Shown piece by piece: positions 1-10,450 of a DNA stretch of 61,303 nt. A program made the translations under genes and the position numbers. Positions within the stretch are counted from its first letter, which is position 1. Every line of letters begins with the position of its first letter. The stretch covers positions 1 to 61,303 of the forward strand of contig JAAVZA010000025.1 of NCBI GenBank assembly GCA_022791395.1, written 5' to 3'. This stretch comes from Clostridia bacterium (lineage in GTDB: Bacteria > Bacillota > Clostridia > TANB77 > CAG-508). The notes beneath the pieces were generated by a model. That model was not told the origin of the DNA and did no database searches. It saw only the letters and a program-made list of their open reading frames with translations.

Positions 1-470
1 ATAGCACCACCTCCATTCTCACAGTAAAACTGTGTATGTAAAGTGGTAGCACTCACACTGCTTATTCTCATTTTCTATGTTTACAACTATACAACATTAT
101 TAGATAAAATACAAGCGAACAAAACAAACTTTTGAAAGATAATATAAATATGCTTTTTGGTGTGCCGTGTAATTATTGATTTTTCAACATTTCTTAAAAA
201 TTCCCATAAGAACACTCGTACCAAAGGCTAATATCGTCACACTAGACGAAAAAACGATTAAATCGACTGTAAAATGTCGATTTTTTTTATAGAAAGCGAA
301 AAGCAAATTCGAGATAATACTTTTGATAAAATTCTTCAACAATGAATATTTGATGTGTAGAAGTAAATGGAGAATAAATATTTATTAGAACAGTTAAAAA
401 GAACAAGTAGCAACAATAGCTGGCGGAAAACTTTCACAGTTTTCCGCCAGCTATTGACTTTAATCCATTA

Positions 471-836
471 CTAATCTTCAAGTATTAGCTTGAGTTTTTT
501 TGCATTGATGTGATAGGCACATTTTTTGGCAGCTTCGTAGTCGACTTTTGAGAACAGAATAACAATATCGCCTTCTTCCATATCACCCATTACCGTTTCG
601 ATGAAATCATAAGGATTATTGTTGTCTTTTGAAGAAAGCAAAGCACAATATTCCGCATTCCACATAGCAATACCTGTACTGGTATTGTTAGGAGAATGAA
701 CGATATCATACAGCCTTGCATCAATTGGTTCTGTGTGAGTTAAGGTTTTACTATTCCTCCATTTCTCATGAAGCTCTTGCAAAAGCTCATAATCAGCGAT
801 AATTTTCGCTTGACTTTTTATTCCTACCATTGGCAT
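471..836 (-). CDS. hypothetical protein (121 aa), compositionally atypical
   Basis: ORF track 471..845. The ATG at 836 lies 10 nt after AGGAG. A TTGATA-16-TATAAT promoter-like sequence sits on the - strand at ~890-917. A perfect 14-bp hairpin at 418-452 lies just downstream. The ORF has more G/C-ending codons than its neighbours. No family recognised. Confidence 0.5.
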   Translation of the reverse strand: MPMVGIKSQAKIIADYELLQELHEKWRNSKTLTHTEPIDARLYDIVHSPNNTSTGIAMWNAEYCALLSSKDNNNPYDFIETVMGDMEEGDIVILFSKVDYEAAKKCAYHINAKKLKLILED

Positions 837-1073
837 ATTAGCCACACTCCTTTCTAACTTTGAAACGTTGGTTAAGAGCTACTATTTGTATTATATCAAA
901 AAATGTAGAAATATCAATAGATTTGCATAAATATTCGAATCTAATTAATAACAAAAAAGACTATCTATATATAGTATGAATATATAAGTATACGATATGT
1001 AATGTTTAAATTTACTTACAAAGGAGAAAAGCTTTGCGGATTAGTTTAAAATTAGAGGAGATAACATTTTCCT

Positions 1074-1808
1074 CTAATTTTTTCTTGTACTATTCCCATT
1101 TGAATAATCTATATTAATACCTGGCTGAACATTATAAACATATACATTGAAACAAACACCTTTACCATTATCTTCAATAGAATAAGCCTCCATTTGAACA
1201 ACATTTGCAACAAGGTTATTTCCTTCAAAAATGGGAGTAACTCTATATAAAACATGATTATTTTGATTTTTCTTAATATAATCAGCAACTGTATTTTCAA
1301 AAGGTAACATTCCATTTACATTCATATATCTAGTGCCAGTAATTAGATTTTTTTTATTAGCATTTTCACCTGCTAACTGATATCCAATTAAATGACAGCG
1401 ATTATATAAATAATTTCCATCAATCAATTCATTATATCGTATGGTTTGCCAACCGGATGGTTTTATACTGCCAATAGCTTCTCTTTCTTCATCTTCACTA
1501 GGCATAATTTCTTTGCAAATATTTGCATATGCAACACCACATCTGCCAAGATCATCTAACTCGCTATATTTCTCAAAAGGATTTGTAGTATAATCATTTT
1601 CAGTAAAATTAGGAATATTGTTGTTAATAACAACATATGGAGCTGAAGTGTATTTGGGAACATCTTCTATGTTAAATGAATAAGTAATATTTGAAGGTGA
1701 AAGAGTAGTTGTATCTGTATTATAAAGAGTTGTAATTCCTATAATGATAGCAAAAAAGACCAAAACGATTGATTCTATTACAAATTTTTTATTATTTTTT
1801 CTAGCCAT
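1074..1808 (-). CDS. secreted/membrane-anchored DNA/RNA non-specific endonuclease (EndA/NucA-like)
   Basis: N-terminal TM segment. The 'RCHLIGYQLAGENANKKNLITGTRYMN' block is typical of Endonuclease_NS_2 DNA-entry nucleases. Confidence 0.8.
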   Translation of the reverse strand: MARKNNKKFVIESIVLVFFAIIIGITTLYNTDTTTLSPSNITYSFNIEDVPKYTSAPYVVINNNIPNFTENDYTTNPFEKYSELDDLGRCGVAYANICKEIMPSEDEEREAIGSIKPSGWQTIRYNELIDGNYLYNRCHLIGYQLAGENANKKNLITGTRYMNVNGMLPFENTVADYIKKNQNNHVLYRVTPIFEGNNLVANVVQMEAYSIEDNGKGVCFNVYVYNVQPGINIDYSNGNSTRKN

Positions 1809-1978
1809 ATTTAATACTTCCTTTGTTAATTTTAAAAATAGTATAGCATAAATAAAAAATATATGAAAGCATACAATTAAAATATGTCAAATATATAATA
1901 AAAAGGCAAGTATCATTGCATAGCGATTAACAATATGTTATTATATAAATAAATCTATAAGGTGATTGGAGTATATAT

Positions 1979-3349
1979 ATGAATAATATACCTGTTGAAA
2001 AAAATAAAGAGTATATAGTAGATATAATTGATAATGGATATGAAGGAGAAGGAATTGCTAAAATTGATAATTATACCATATTTATTCCTGGAGCAATTAA
2101 AGGAGAAAAAGTTAAAATTTTAATTGTAAAAGTTAATTCTTCTCATTCATTTGGAAAAATAATAGATATAATAGAAAAATCAAATTCAAGAGTTGAAAGT
2201 GACTGTAATACATATAAAAGATGTGGTGGATGTAATCTAAGACATATGAAATATGAAGATACATTAGAGTTGAAAAGAAAAAATGTTCAAAATTTAATTG
2301 ATAAAACCTTAAAACAAAAGGTAAAAGTTAAAGCTACTATTGGAATGGAGAAACCATTTTTTTATCGTAATAAGGCTCAATATCCTGTAGGATATAATAG
2401 AAATGGAGATATTGCAACAGGGGTATATGCTGAGAGATCACATGAAATTATTGAACTTACTTCGTGTACAATACAAATGCCAATTTCTGAACAAATTGCT
2501 AAATTCATAATTACATTTATGAAAGAGAATAAAATTTCTGCTTATGATGAAAAAACAGGAAAAGGAGCTATAAGACACATTGTTATAAAAGTAGGACTTC
2601 GTACAAATGAGGTTATGTGCATACTTGTAACAAATGAAAGAAAAATTCCAAATGAAGATAAACTTATAGAAAGTTTAAAAAGTAAGTTTTCTAATATTAA
2701 AACAATTGTAAAAAATATAAATCAAAAAAATACAAATGTTATTATGGGAAATGAAAATGTTATTTTATATGGAAATGGATATATACAAGATAAGTTAGGA
2801 GATTTTATATTTAATATTTCACCATTATCTTTTTATCAAATAAATCCTATACAGACTGAAAAATTATATAATTTTGCTATAAATAAAGCAAATTTAACAA
2901 AAGAAGATACTGTACTTGATTTATATTGTGGAATAGGAACTATTGGAACCTTTGCATCTCCATATGTAAGACAAGTTTATGGAATTGAAATAGTGGAACA
3001 GGCAATAGAAGATGCAAAGAGAAATGCAGAACTAAATAAAATAGATAATATGAAATTCTATTGTGGAGATGTTGAACAAGTTCTAGATAAAGTTTTAAGT
3101 AAAGAAGCAACAATGCCAAATGTTGTTTTCGTTGATCCACCAAGAAGAGGACTTGATAAACATACAATAGACAATATCATAGGATTAAAACCAGAAAGAT
3201 TTATATATATTAGTTGTAATCCAGCAACATTAGTACGTGATTTAAAAGAATTTGAAAAACTATATGAAATAAAAGAAATTCAAACCGTAGATATGTTTCC
3301 GTTTACAAGCCATGTAGAGTGTGTATCAGTACTACAACTGAAACAATAA
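1979..3349 (+). CDS. rlmD: 23S rRNA (uracil-5)-methyltransferase RlmD/RumA family
   Basis: TRAM-like N-terminus, a Cys cluster (CNTYKRCGGCNLRH), SAM motif 'VLDLYCGIGTIG' and 'DPPRRG', and a C-terminal 'ISCNPATLVRD'. Confidence 0.9.
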   Translation: MNNIPVEKNKEYIVDIIDNGYEGEGIAKIDNYTIFIPGAIKGEKVKILIVKVNSSHSFGKIIDIIEKSNSRVESDCNTYKRCGGCNLRHMKYEDTLELKRKNVQNLIDKTLKQKVKVKATIGMEKPFFYRNKAQYPVGYNRNGDIATGVYAERSHEIIELTSCTIQMPISEQIAKFIITFMKENKISAYDEKTGKGAIRHIVIKVGLRTNEVMCILVTNERKIPNEDKLIESLKSKFSNIKTIVKNINQKNTNVIMGNENVILYGNGYIQDKLGDFIFNISPLSFYQINPIQTEKLYNFAINKANLTKEDTVLDLYCGIGTIGTFASPYVRQVYGIEIVEQAIEDAKRNAELNKIDNMKFYCGDVEQVLDKVLSKEATMPNVVFVDPPRRGLDKHTIDNIIGLKPERFIYISCNPATLVRDLKEFEKLYEIKEIQTVDMFPFTSHVECVSVLQLKQ

Positions 3350-3514
3350 ATGTAATACTTGATTTTGAACAGGTTTCAGAGATTATAAATTTTGAACATC
3401 AAGATGTTGTAATTATAATAGAAGAAATCTACTATTGAGATAGAAATTGCAAAATAATTATGATATATATTCTAGCTCAATATAAATTATTATATTTATA
3501 GGAGGAAAGTAACA

Positions 3515-4444
3515 TTGAAAGCATATAGTGTATTTAAAGATTTAGATAAAAAGGCATGTGAAATATTAAGAAATAGTGGAATACAATTAGATATATCAAA
3601 TTCAGCAGAAAGACCTGATAAAGAAGAACTATTAAAATTATTAAATGATTATGATATTTTGATAATAGGTGTTAGAGAAAAATTAACAGAAGACATGCTA
3701 AAAATAGTGGATAAAGATAAAATAATAGCAACTTTATCAATTGGTGTAGATCATATAGATAAATGTTTCTTTGAATCAGCTTTAATTAAAGTTATTAATT
3801 GTCAAACATCAAATGTAATATCTGTAGCAGAGCATATTTTCGCTTTAATATTAGGATTAAAAAAGAGGATTATAGAAGCTAATGAAATTGCTATTAAAGG
3901 TGGAACAAAAAAAGATTTATCAGCAAGAAGTAATGATATATGCAATAGTACAATAGGAATAATAGGTGCAGGAAAAATATCACGAGAAGTAATAAAAATA
4001 GCTAAAATATTCAATATGAAAATTTATTGTAATACATTAAATCCAGAAAAACATCAGGATTTATTAAAAGAAGGGGTAAAATTTGCAGACTTAGATAATC
4101 TACTTACTATTTCAGATATTATAACAGTAAATATTCCTTTAAATGAAGAAAATGAAAATTTAATATCAAAAGATAAAATTAGATTAATGAAGAAAACAGC
4201 TACTTTTATAAATACATCAAGAACCGAAATAGTAGATATGAAAGAGTTGATAAAATATGCAGATGAAAATACTACTTTTAATGTAGGACTAGATATTGAT
4301 GCAGAAAATTATAAAGAAATATTAAATACAAAAAGAAATAATGTAATAGTAACACCACATATAGCAGGAGTAACAAAAGAAGCAATAAAAAGAATGGATA
4401 TTGAGTTAGCAAATAATATAATAGAATATTTGAAAGAAAGTTAG
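3515..4444 (+). CDS. D-isomer-specific 2-hydroxyacid dehydrogenase (phosphoglycerate dehydrogenase-like)
   Basis: NAD-binding 'IGIIGAGKISREV' plus a C-terminal 'VIVTPHIAGVTKEA' motif. TTG start. Confidence 0.8.
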   Translation: MKAYSVFKDLDKKACEILRNSGIQLDISNSAERPDKEELLKLLNDYDILIIGVREKLTEDMLKIVDKDKIIATLSIGVDHIDKCFFESALIKVINCQTSNVISVAEHIFALILGLKKRIIEANEIAIKGGTKKDLSARSNDICNSTIGIIGAGKISREVIKIAKIFNMKIYCNTLNPEKHQDLLKEGVKFADLDNLLTISDIITVNIPLNEENENLISKDKIRLMKKTATFINTSRTEIVDMKELIKYADENTTFNVGLDIDAENYKEILNTKRNNVIVTPHIAGVTKEAIKRMDIELANNIIEYLKES

Positions 4445-4457
4445 AGGTATTAGAAGG

Positions 4458-4799
4458 ATGAATATCGATGTTAAAAAAGTAAAGATTATTGTAACTGTAC
4501 CAATTGAGAATAGTGAAGAAGTAAGAAATGCCATTTGTAATGAAGGCGCAGGAATTATAGGGAACTATACAAATTGTACTATAACTACAAAGTGTATAGG
4601 AACTTTCAAACCTTCAGATATTGCTAATCCATATATTGGAGAAAAAAATAAATTAGAACTTGTTGAAGAAGAAAAATTGGAAGCAAGATGTGATATTAGT
4701 ATAGTTAAAAGAGTACTAAAAAGATTAAGAGAAATTCATCCTTATGAAGAACCAGCAATTGATATAATTCCATTAATAGAAGAAGATGACTTATTATAA
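4458..4799 (+). CDS. small conserved protein, NIF3/YqfO insert-domain-like
   Basis: 113-aa ORF with an RBS. The pattern 'IIVTVP..EEVRNAI...G..GNY..C' and 'HPYEEPAIDIIPL' resembles the ferredoxin-like domain of NIF3-family proteins. Assignment is by memory only. Confidence 0.45.
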   Translation: MNIDVKKVKIIVTVPIENSEEVRNAICNEGAGIIGNYTNCTITTKCIGTFKPSDIANPYIGEKNKLELVEEEKLEARCDISIVKRVLKRLREIHPYEEPAIDIIPLIEEDDLL

Positions 4800-4857
4800 T
4801 TAAATGTAAAGAAGAGTCAAGATAAAAAGATGTGAAGAATATAGGAGGAATATAAAT

Positions 4858-5202
4858 ATGAAATTAGTAAAATTAGAAGAAGCACAGGAATTTTCAAATA
4901 GTGATAGATGTAAAGGATTAGAATATCCATTAAATGATTCAGACATTAACTTTTCTACTGCAATTATAAATGGGAGATATCCAGATAATGGTTATTGCGT
5001 TAATGAAGAATGCAAAGAATTAATTTATGTTATAGAAGGAAATGGAACATTAAACAAAAAAGATGAAGTTATTGGGTTTAATAAAGGTGATGTGATTTTA
5101 ATTGACAAAGGAGAAGTATACTACTGGGATGGGAAATGTACAATTGCTATGCCTTGTACACCAGCTTGGTATCCAGAACAACATAAAATCATAGAAGATT
5201 AA
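4858..5202 (+). CDS. cupin domain protein
   Basis: 114-aa ORF with GGAGG RBS. 'ELIYVIEGNGTL....GDVILIDKGEVYYW' is a cupin beta-barrel signature. Confidence 0.65.
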   Translation: MKLVKLEEAQEFSNSDRCKGLEYPLNDSDINFSTAIINGRYPDNGYCVNEECKELIYVIEGNGTLNKKDEVIGFNKGDVILIDKGEVYYWDGKCTIAMPCTPAWYPEQHKIIED

Positions 5203-5217
5203 AATGGAGGATAATTA

Positions 5218-5616
5218 ATGAAAGAAATTGATAAAATAGCATTCATATATTTAGGAGATGGCAAAATATTGAGTACTTTATCGAAGGGAAAAGATACTTA
5301 TTATTTGCCAGGCGGAAAAAGAGAATTAAATGAAACAGATGAACAAACATTAATTAGGGAATGCAAGGAAGAACTAACTATTGATATTAAAGAGGATACA
5401 ATAAAATATTATGGTACATTTGAGGCACAAGCTCATGGAAAAGCAGAAGGAATATTAGTTAGAATGACATGTTATACAGCAGATTTTAAAGGTGAACTTA
5501 AACCAAGTTCTGAAATTAAAGAGATACGATGGTTAAGTTATAATGATATAAATATAATTTCACCAGTTGATAAACTTATTTTTAAAGATTTATATGAAAA
5601 GGGACTTTTGAAATAA
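5218..5616 (+). CDS. NUDIX hydrolase
   Basis: Nudix box 'GGKRELNETDEQTLIRECKEELTI'. Confidence 0.8.
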   Translation: MKEIDKIAFIYLGDGKILSTLSKGKDTYYLPGGKRELNETDEQTLIRECKEELTIDIKEDTIKYYGTFEAQAHGKAEGILVRMTCYTADFKGELKPSSEIKEIRWLSYNDINIISPVDKLIFKDLYEKGLLK

Positions 5617-5690
5617 TTTTACGTGAAAAGTTTTTAGATTTATGGAGATTGATATTTTATTAGTTTTGCAGGAGAAAGGAAATAGTAATA

Positions 5691-6104
5691 ATGAAAAATT
5701 TAATGAGAAGTAATATATATGATGTAGAAGAAACTATAATTATAGTAGGAAGTTGTCTGAAAAATATGCAACCTAAGGGATACGAGAAACTAGAAAAATT
5801 ATCAAAGAATTTATATGAGCTATGCTTAGAAGAAACACATATAAATATGGCCATAACTAAAATAGGTGGTATGCTAAGAACCGGAAAGATTAAAAATATA
5901 ATATTTGCTACTGTTGATAAATCTCCTCATTGCACACAAGTTCATTATATAAGAAATGAACTTGAAAAAATGATGAACTTAGATAATATAAATATTACAA
6001 ATTATGTTGTTGTTGATAATGAATTAATAGAGATAGATAATGATATAATATCATTATCAAAATCATTGAAAAGACTTAAAGATATAATTAACAAGCTAGA
6101 TTAG
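5691..6104 (+). CDS. hypothetical protein
   Basis: 137-aa ORF of native composition. No family recognised. Confidence 0.45.
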   Translation: MKNLMRSNIYDVEETIIIVGSCLKNMQPKGYEKLEKLSKNLYELCLEETHINMAITKIGGMLRTGKIKNIIFATVDKSPHCTQVHYIRNELEKMMNLDNINITNYVVVDNELIEIDNDIISLSKSLKRLKDIINKLD

Positions 6105-6116
6105 GAGGTATTGTTT

Positions 6117-6653
6117 ATGGGAAAAATACTGAAAATAAGAGAAATTGGAGATCCAATTTTATCTGTTAAATGTAAAGAAGTAGAGGTAAATAATATCAGC
6201 CAGAGTATTTTAGAAGATATTGAAGATTTGAAGGCAACCTTAAATTTTACTGAGGGATTTGGAATTGCGGCGCCACAAGTAGGAATAGATAAAAGAATTG
6301 TTATTATTCAAGTTAATAAAGAGAAATGTACTTATAAAGATTCTGAAGAAGTACCAACTACCATAATGATAAATCCAATTTGGAGAAAAATATCTGAAGA
6401 TACACAAACTGAATATGAAGGATGTTTGAGTGTTCCACAAATAAGAGGAAAAGTAGAAAGATATACAGATATTGAGGTAACATATTATAATGAAAAGGGT
6501 GAAAAAATCACAAAACAAGTACATGGATTTACTGCAAGAGATATACAGCACGAATGTGATCATCTAGATGGAATCGTTTTTTTAGAAAAAGTAAAAGGAG
6601 AAAATGGTTTTGCTACTAAGGAAATGATAAATAAATTTAATCTAAAAAATTAA
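6117..6653 (+). CDS. def: peptide deformylase
   Basis: Motifs 'GIAAPQVG', 'EGCLSVP' and 'HECDHLDG'. The ATG at 6117 lies 8 nt after GGAGG. Confidence 0.93.
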   Translation: MGKILKIREIGDPILSVKCKEVEVNNISQSILEDIEDLKATLNFTEGFGIAAPQVGIDKRIVIIQVNKEKCTYKDSEEVPTTIMINPIWRKISEDTQTEYEGCLSVPQIRGKVERYTDIEVTYYNEKGEKITKQVHGFTARDIQHECDHLDGIVFLEKVKGENGFATKEMINKFNLKN

Positions 6654-6689
6654 ATAAATTACTAAAAGGAAGAAAGGGTTTGATTAATT

Positions 6690-7346
6690 ATGAAAATTAC
6701 AAAATTTCCACAATCATGTTTATTGATAGAGACAAAAGGAAAGAAAATATTAGTGGATCCAGGAAATTTAAAATATAAAGATGAATATTTTGATATTTGG
6801 AATAGTGTAGATATAATTTTAATAACACATAAACATCCAGACCATTGTAATGCTGAAGCATTAGCAAAACTAAATAAAAACATAATAATTTATTCGACAA
6901 AAGAAGTTAGTGAGGCGAATGAAAGCTTAGAGATACGTATAATAAAAGAAAACGATATTATAGAATTAGATACTATAAAAATAGAAGTAGTACATGCAAT
7001 ACATGGATATCAGCCACTATTAAAAGGTCCAAAAGAAATACATGAAAATGTAGGATATATTATTGATGATGGAGAAAACAGATTATACACAACGAGTGAC
7101 TCTATTTGTTTTAGAAATGAATATAAAGCAGATATTCTATGTATTCCAGTAACAGGACATGGATTAACTATGTCGGCATTTGAAGCTGCTTTATATGCAA
7201 AAGAAGTAGGAGCTGTATTAACAATTCCAATTCATATGGATAATCCAGCATTTCCTCCAAATTTTGATTATATAAAAGAAATGTTTGAAAAATATGAAGT
7301 TGAATATGAAATATTAGAAAATGATGAAACAATTGAAGTAGAATAG
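6690..7346 (+). CDS. MBL-fold metallo-hydrolase
   Basis: 'LITHKHPDH' metal-binding motif. Confidence 0.75.
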   Translation: MKITKFPQSCLLIETKGKKILVDPGNLKYKDEYFDIWNSVDIILITHKHPDHCNAEALAKLNKNIIIYSTKEVSEANESLEIRIIKENDIIELDTIKIEVVHAIHGYQPLLKGPKEIHENVGYIIDDGENRLYTTSDSICFRNEYKADILCIPVTGHGLTMSAFEAALYAKEVGAVLTIPIHMDNPAFPPNFDYIKEMFEKYEVEYEILENDETIEVE

Positions 7347-7357
7347 TTAGAGGTAAA

Positions 7358-7897
7358 ATGAAAAGAAGATATACATGTATAACATTATTTGATGAAAAAA
7401 GTTTAGAGGAAATTTATAATATATTATCAAAATTAACAGCCTATAAATTGTGCAAAGTACCTTACTTAAAATATCCGTATACTTTAAAGGATAGAGAAGA
7501 AGCAGATACATTACCATATCATTTTACTTTATCATATTGGGATGAAAATAATAAAGAAGAAGCAATAAAAATTTTTAATACAATTCATATGAAAAGAATT
7601 GAAGTATTAGTGGAAGATGTGAAAATAAAACAAGGAAATGAAGATAGTTTTAATATGTATTTTTCTTTCGTACCAAACAATAATTTAAAAGAAATTCAAA
7701 GTCAAATATATAACAAAACAAAAAATGAGAAATTTAATCCTAATACATATTTACCTCATATTAGTATTCATTCCGATAAGGACTATAATAAACTAATTGA
7801 GATGCGAAATGTAATAATGGAAAATTTTAAACCTTTTAGAATTTCATTTGACAAACTAGGACTATTTGAAATATATCCAGCAAAAAGAATATTATAA
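7358..7897 (+). CDS. 2H phosphoesterase superfamily protein (LigT-like)
   Basis: Two H-x-T/S-x motifs ('YHFTLS' and 'PHISIH') with the spacing expected for 2H enzymes. Confidence 0.6.
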   Translation: MKRRYTCITLFDEKSLEEIYNILSKLTAYKLCKVPYLKYPYTLKDREEADTLPYHFTLSYWDENNKEEAIKIFNTIHMKRIEVLVEDVKIKQGNEDSFNMYFSFVPNNNLKEIQSQIYNKTKNEKFNPNTYLPHISIHSDKDYNKLIEMRNVIMENFKPFRISFDKLGLFEIYPAKRIL

Positions 7898-7943
7898 ATA
7901 GTAATTATATAATTTGAAAGAAATAACCATCAATTCAATATAA

Positions 7944-7972
7944 TTGACATTTTAAAATGTTTTTGTTATACT
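7944..7972 (+). promoter_or_regulatory. sigma-A type promoter (TTGACA-17-TATACT)
   Basis: TTGACA at 7944-7949, 17-nt spacer, TATACT at 7967-7972. It lies upstream of the leader ORF. Confidence 0.6.
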
Positions 7973-7998
7973 ATTTACATAAAGGAAAGAGGTAAAAA

Positions 7999-8052
7999 AT
8001 GGAATTAAGAATATTTTTAAACAGAATACATCATCATCGTAGGAGCTTGTAA
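7999..8052 (+). CDS. 17-codon leader peptide MELRIFLNRIHHHRRSL
   Basis: RBS AAAGGAAAGAGG, ATG at 7999, three consecutive His codons at 8029-8037 followed by CGT AGG, stop at 8050. Confidence 0.4.
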   Translation: MELRIFLNRIHHHRRSL

Positions 8053-8180
8053 CTATCGAATTCTAAAAGAATGCGTAGGTACAGGCTAAAAAAGTTGTAC
8101 CTACGATAGTTTAAAAATATTTTATAGATAAGATATGTTAAAGACTATATGTAGGAAAAATTCTATATATGGTCTTTTTA
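8036..8180 (+). promoter_or_regulatory. attenuator-like leader: two hairpin terminators with competing upstream pairing
   Basis: A 10-bp perfect stem joins 8074-8083 and 8096-8105. The 3' arm region (8100-8111) is also complementary to 8036-8043 (inside the leader ORF) and to 8051-8058. A second hairpin joins 8141-8154 and 8163-8176 and is followed by a T-run. Confidence 0.45.
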
Positions 8181-8234
8181 CATATCTATTTTTTTACCAT
8201 TTTCTTTTTAAGATTAATATAGGGAGTGAAGAAT

Positions 8235-8820
8235 ATGGATGGTCAAATTAAAGAACTTACAAATTTACAAGATTTTAAAAGAGTATATAAGGTGTTTTCA
8301 GGTCCACCTTATAACGAAAAATATACAGAAGAAGAATTAGAAAAAATTTTTAAAGAATATCAAGAAAAAGGATATGTTTATGGTGCATATAATAACGAGG
8401 AATGTATACGGACTAATTGCGTTAGAACGAGGTATAAAAGAAGATCAACCAGTTGAATTTCAAAACAAAAATGTTATGTATCTGGCAGATATTGCAGTAT
8501 TAAATGAATATAGAAGAAGAGGATTGGGAAATAAACTTATGCTATATGGTGTTATGCAAGCTAAAGTTTTAGGATATCAAAGATTATATATGAGAACTTT
8601 AGATAAAGGATCTATGTCTTATGGCATTGCTTTAAAAATAGGATTTAAACAAATTCCTAACTTATTTCAAAGTGTTGAAAGAGAAAGAACAAATGGTAAA
8701 ACAGAAACCATGCAAAATATATTTTTAGAAATTGATTTGGATTCTTTAAATAGAGAAACTTTAGATCAGGGAATTAAGATGTTAAATTCTTATAACAAAG
8801 AAGATATGGAAATAGAGTAG
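8235..8820 (+). CDS. GNAT family N-acetyltransferase (requires +1 shift at CGG 8409)
   Basis: Joins track ORFs 8226..8456 and 8374..8820. Acetyl-CoA motif 'RRRGLGNKLM'. The ATG at 8235 lies 8 nt after AGGGAG. Confidence 0.75.
8409..8411 (+). other. zero-frame CGG / +1 frame-break site (GNAT)
   Basis: In '...tgt ata CGG act...' the zero frame stops at 8456. Skipping the C gives GGA CTA ATT GCG (G-L-I-A-L-E-R-G...), which continues the protein. Confidence 0.8.
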
Positions 8821-8831
8821 GAGGGTAAAAT

Positions 8832-9860
8832 ATGTTAAAGGTAGAAAATGTTTTAGAAGATTTGGTAAAATACAACACAATAAAAGATAAAGAAAATAAA
8901 GAAATATTAGACTATATAGAAAAAATATTAAATTTAATAGGTTTTAAAACAGAAAAAAGAGACCGATTTTTAATTATGTCTAATAAGGATGAAACTTCAT
9001 TAGGTTTTTTAGGACATACCGATACTGTTGAATTTGTTGATGGATGGAAATATGAAAAATTTAGATTAACTAAAGTTAATGATAAAATATATGGTTTAGG
9101 TGTTTGTGATATGAAATCTGGAATTGCAGCAATTATTGCAGCAATATCTCAAATTGATTTTAACAAGTTTAATAAAGGGATAAAATTATATTTTTCATAT
9201 GATGAAGAAATTGGTTTTTCGGGAATTAAAGAGATAGTAAAATGTGAAAATAATTTCCCAGAAACAATGATAATAGGTGAACCTACAAACAATGAGATAA
9301 TAGTAGGAAGTAAAGGCTTGATAGAATATAAAATTTCATTTAAAGGAATAAAATGTCATTCAAGTACACCTGAAAAAGGAAAAAATGCTATCATGAGTGC
9401 AGTATCCTTTATAAATGAATTAAACGAATTTTATCAAAATGAAATAAAAACAATTTTAGATAAAAACTTTGAAATTCCTTATACTACTATGAACCTTGGA
9501 ACAATAAATGGAGGAAGTGCAATTAATTCTGTCCCAGAAAAATGCGAAATTTTAATTGATTTTAGGACTATTAATAAATTTGTAGAAGAAATAATAATTA
9601 ATGAAATAGAAAAGTTAAGAAAAAAATATTTAGCCACAGTTCAAGAACTTAATAAACTATCACCATTTTTCAATGAATCCAAATTATCTAAAAAAACATG
9701 CAACTTTATTACAGAAGCAAGTTTTATAAAAAGTAATTGTATGATATTAGGCGCTGGTCCAATAACTGCACATGAAACAAATGAATACGTTAATGTTAAC
9801 AGCTTATACAAACTTGTTGAACAATACAAAAAGCTAATTGAAAAATTTTGCAAATTATAA
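8832..9860 (+). CDS. M20 family peptidase (ArgE/DapE-like deacylase)
   Basis: 'GHTDTV' plus 'GVCDMKSG' and 'DEEIG' metal-ligand motifs. Confidence 0.8.
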   Translation: MLKVENVLEDLVKYNTIKDKENKEILDYIEKILNLIGFKTEKRDRFLIMSNKDETSLGFLGHTDTVEFVDGWKYEKFRLTKVNDKIYGLGVCDMKSGIAAIIAAISQIDFNKFNKGIKLYFSYDEEIGFSGIKEIVKCENNFPETMIIGEPTNNEIIVGSKGLIEYKISFKGIKCHSSTPEKGKNAIMSAVSFINELNEFYQNEIKTILDKNFEIPYTTMNLGTINGGSAINSVPEKCEILIDFRTINKFVEEIIINEIEKLRKKYLATVQELNKLSPFFNESKLSKKTCNFITEASFIKSNCMILGAGPITAHETNEYVNVNSLYKLVEQYKKLIEKFCKL

Positions 9861-9988
9861 TTCTAATATTAAAAACTAACATACTTTGTAATAAAAATAT
9901 TATGTGAAATATTATAAAATACTATGAAAAAATGTTAATTTATGATATAAAGTATATAGATTAACATTTTTTAGTAGGAGGTCAGAAA

Positions 9989-10417
9989 ATGATTGTTATA
10001 TCAGGATGTTTAATAGTAAGAGATAATAAAGTATTAATGGTAAAAGAAGCACAAAAGAAGTGTTATGGTCAATGGAATATTCCAGCAGGACATGTAGATG
10101 AACCAGAAAAAATAACAGCTACAGCCATTCGAGAGATATATGAAGAAACTGGTTGTAAAGTTAAACTTACTGGAGTTTTACCAATGATTACTGTTATTAA
10201 AGAAAATGAACAAAAATTAATGGTAAGATTTACAGTAGACATTATTGAAGAAAACATAAAATATGATACAGAAGAAATATTAGATGTAAAGTGGATCGAT
10301 ATTGAGGAAATAAAAAACATGTCAAAAGAAGAATTAAGAGCATACGATATAAATATGCAATTTATAAAAGACTTTGAAGCCAACAAAATATATCCTTTAG
10401 AAATATTTAACAATTAA
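9989..10417 (+). CDS. NUDIX hydrolase
   Basis: Nudix box 'GHVDEPEKITATAIREIYEETG'. Confidence 0.8.
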   Translation: MIVISGCLIVRDNKVLMVKEAQKKCYGQWNIPAGHVDEPEKITATAIREIYEETGCKVKLTGVLPMITVIKENEQKLMVRFTVDIIEENIKYDTEEILDVKWIDIEEIKNMSKEELRAYDINMQFIKDFEANKIYPLEIFNN

Positions 10418-10450
10418 ATCTATACTAAATAATATTGGGAGGAATAAATT

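Noticed and set aside
1-470. Possible RNA gene or regulatory element in the first 470 bp.
   Set aside because: I see only a + strand hairpin with a T-run (about 259-291) and a GGAGG at the very edge, which suggests a - strand gene starting left of the window. There is nothing I can assign.
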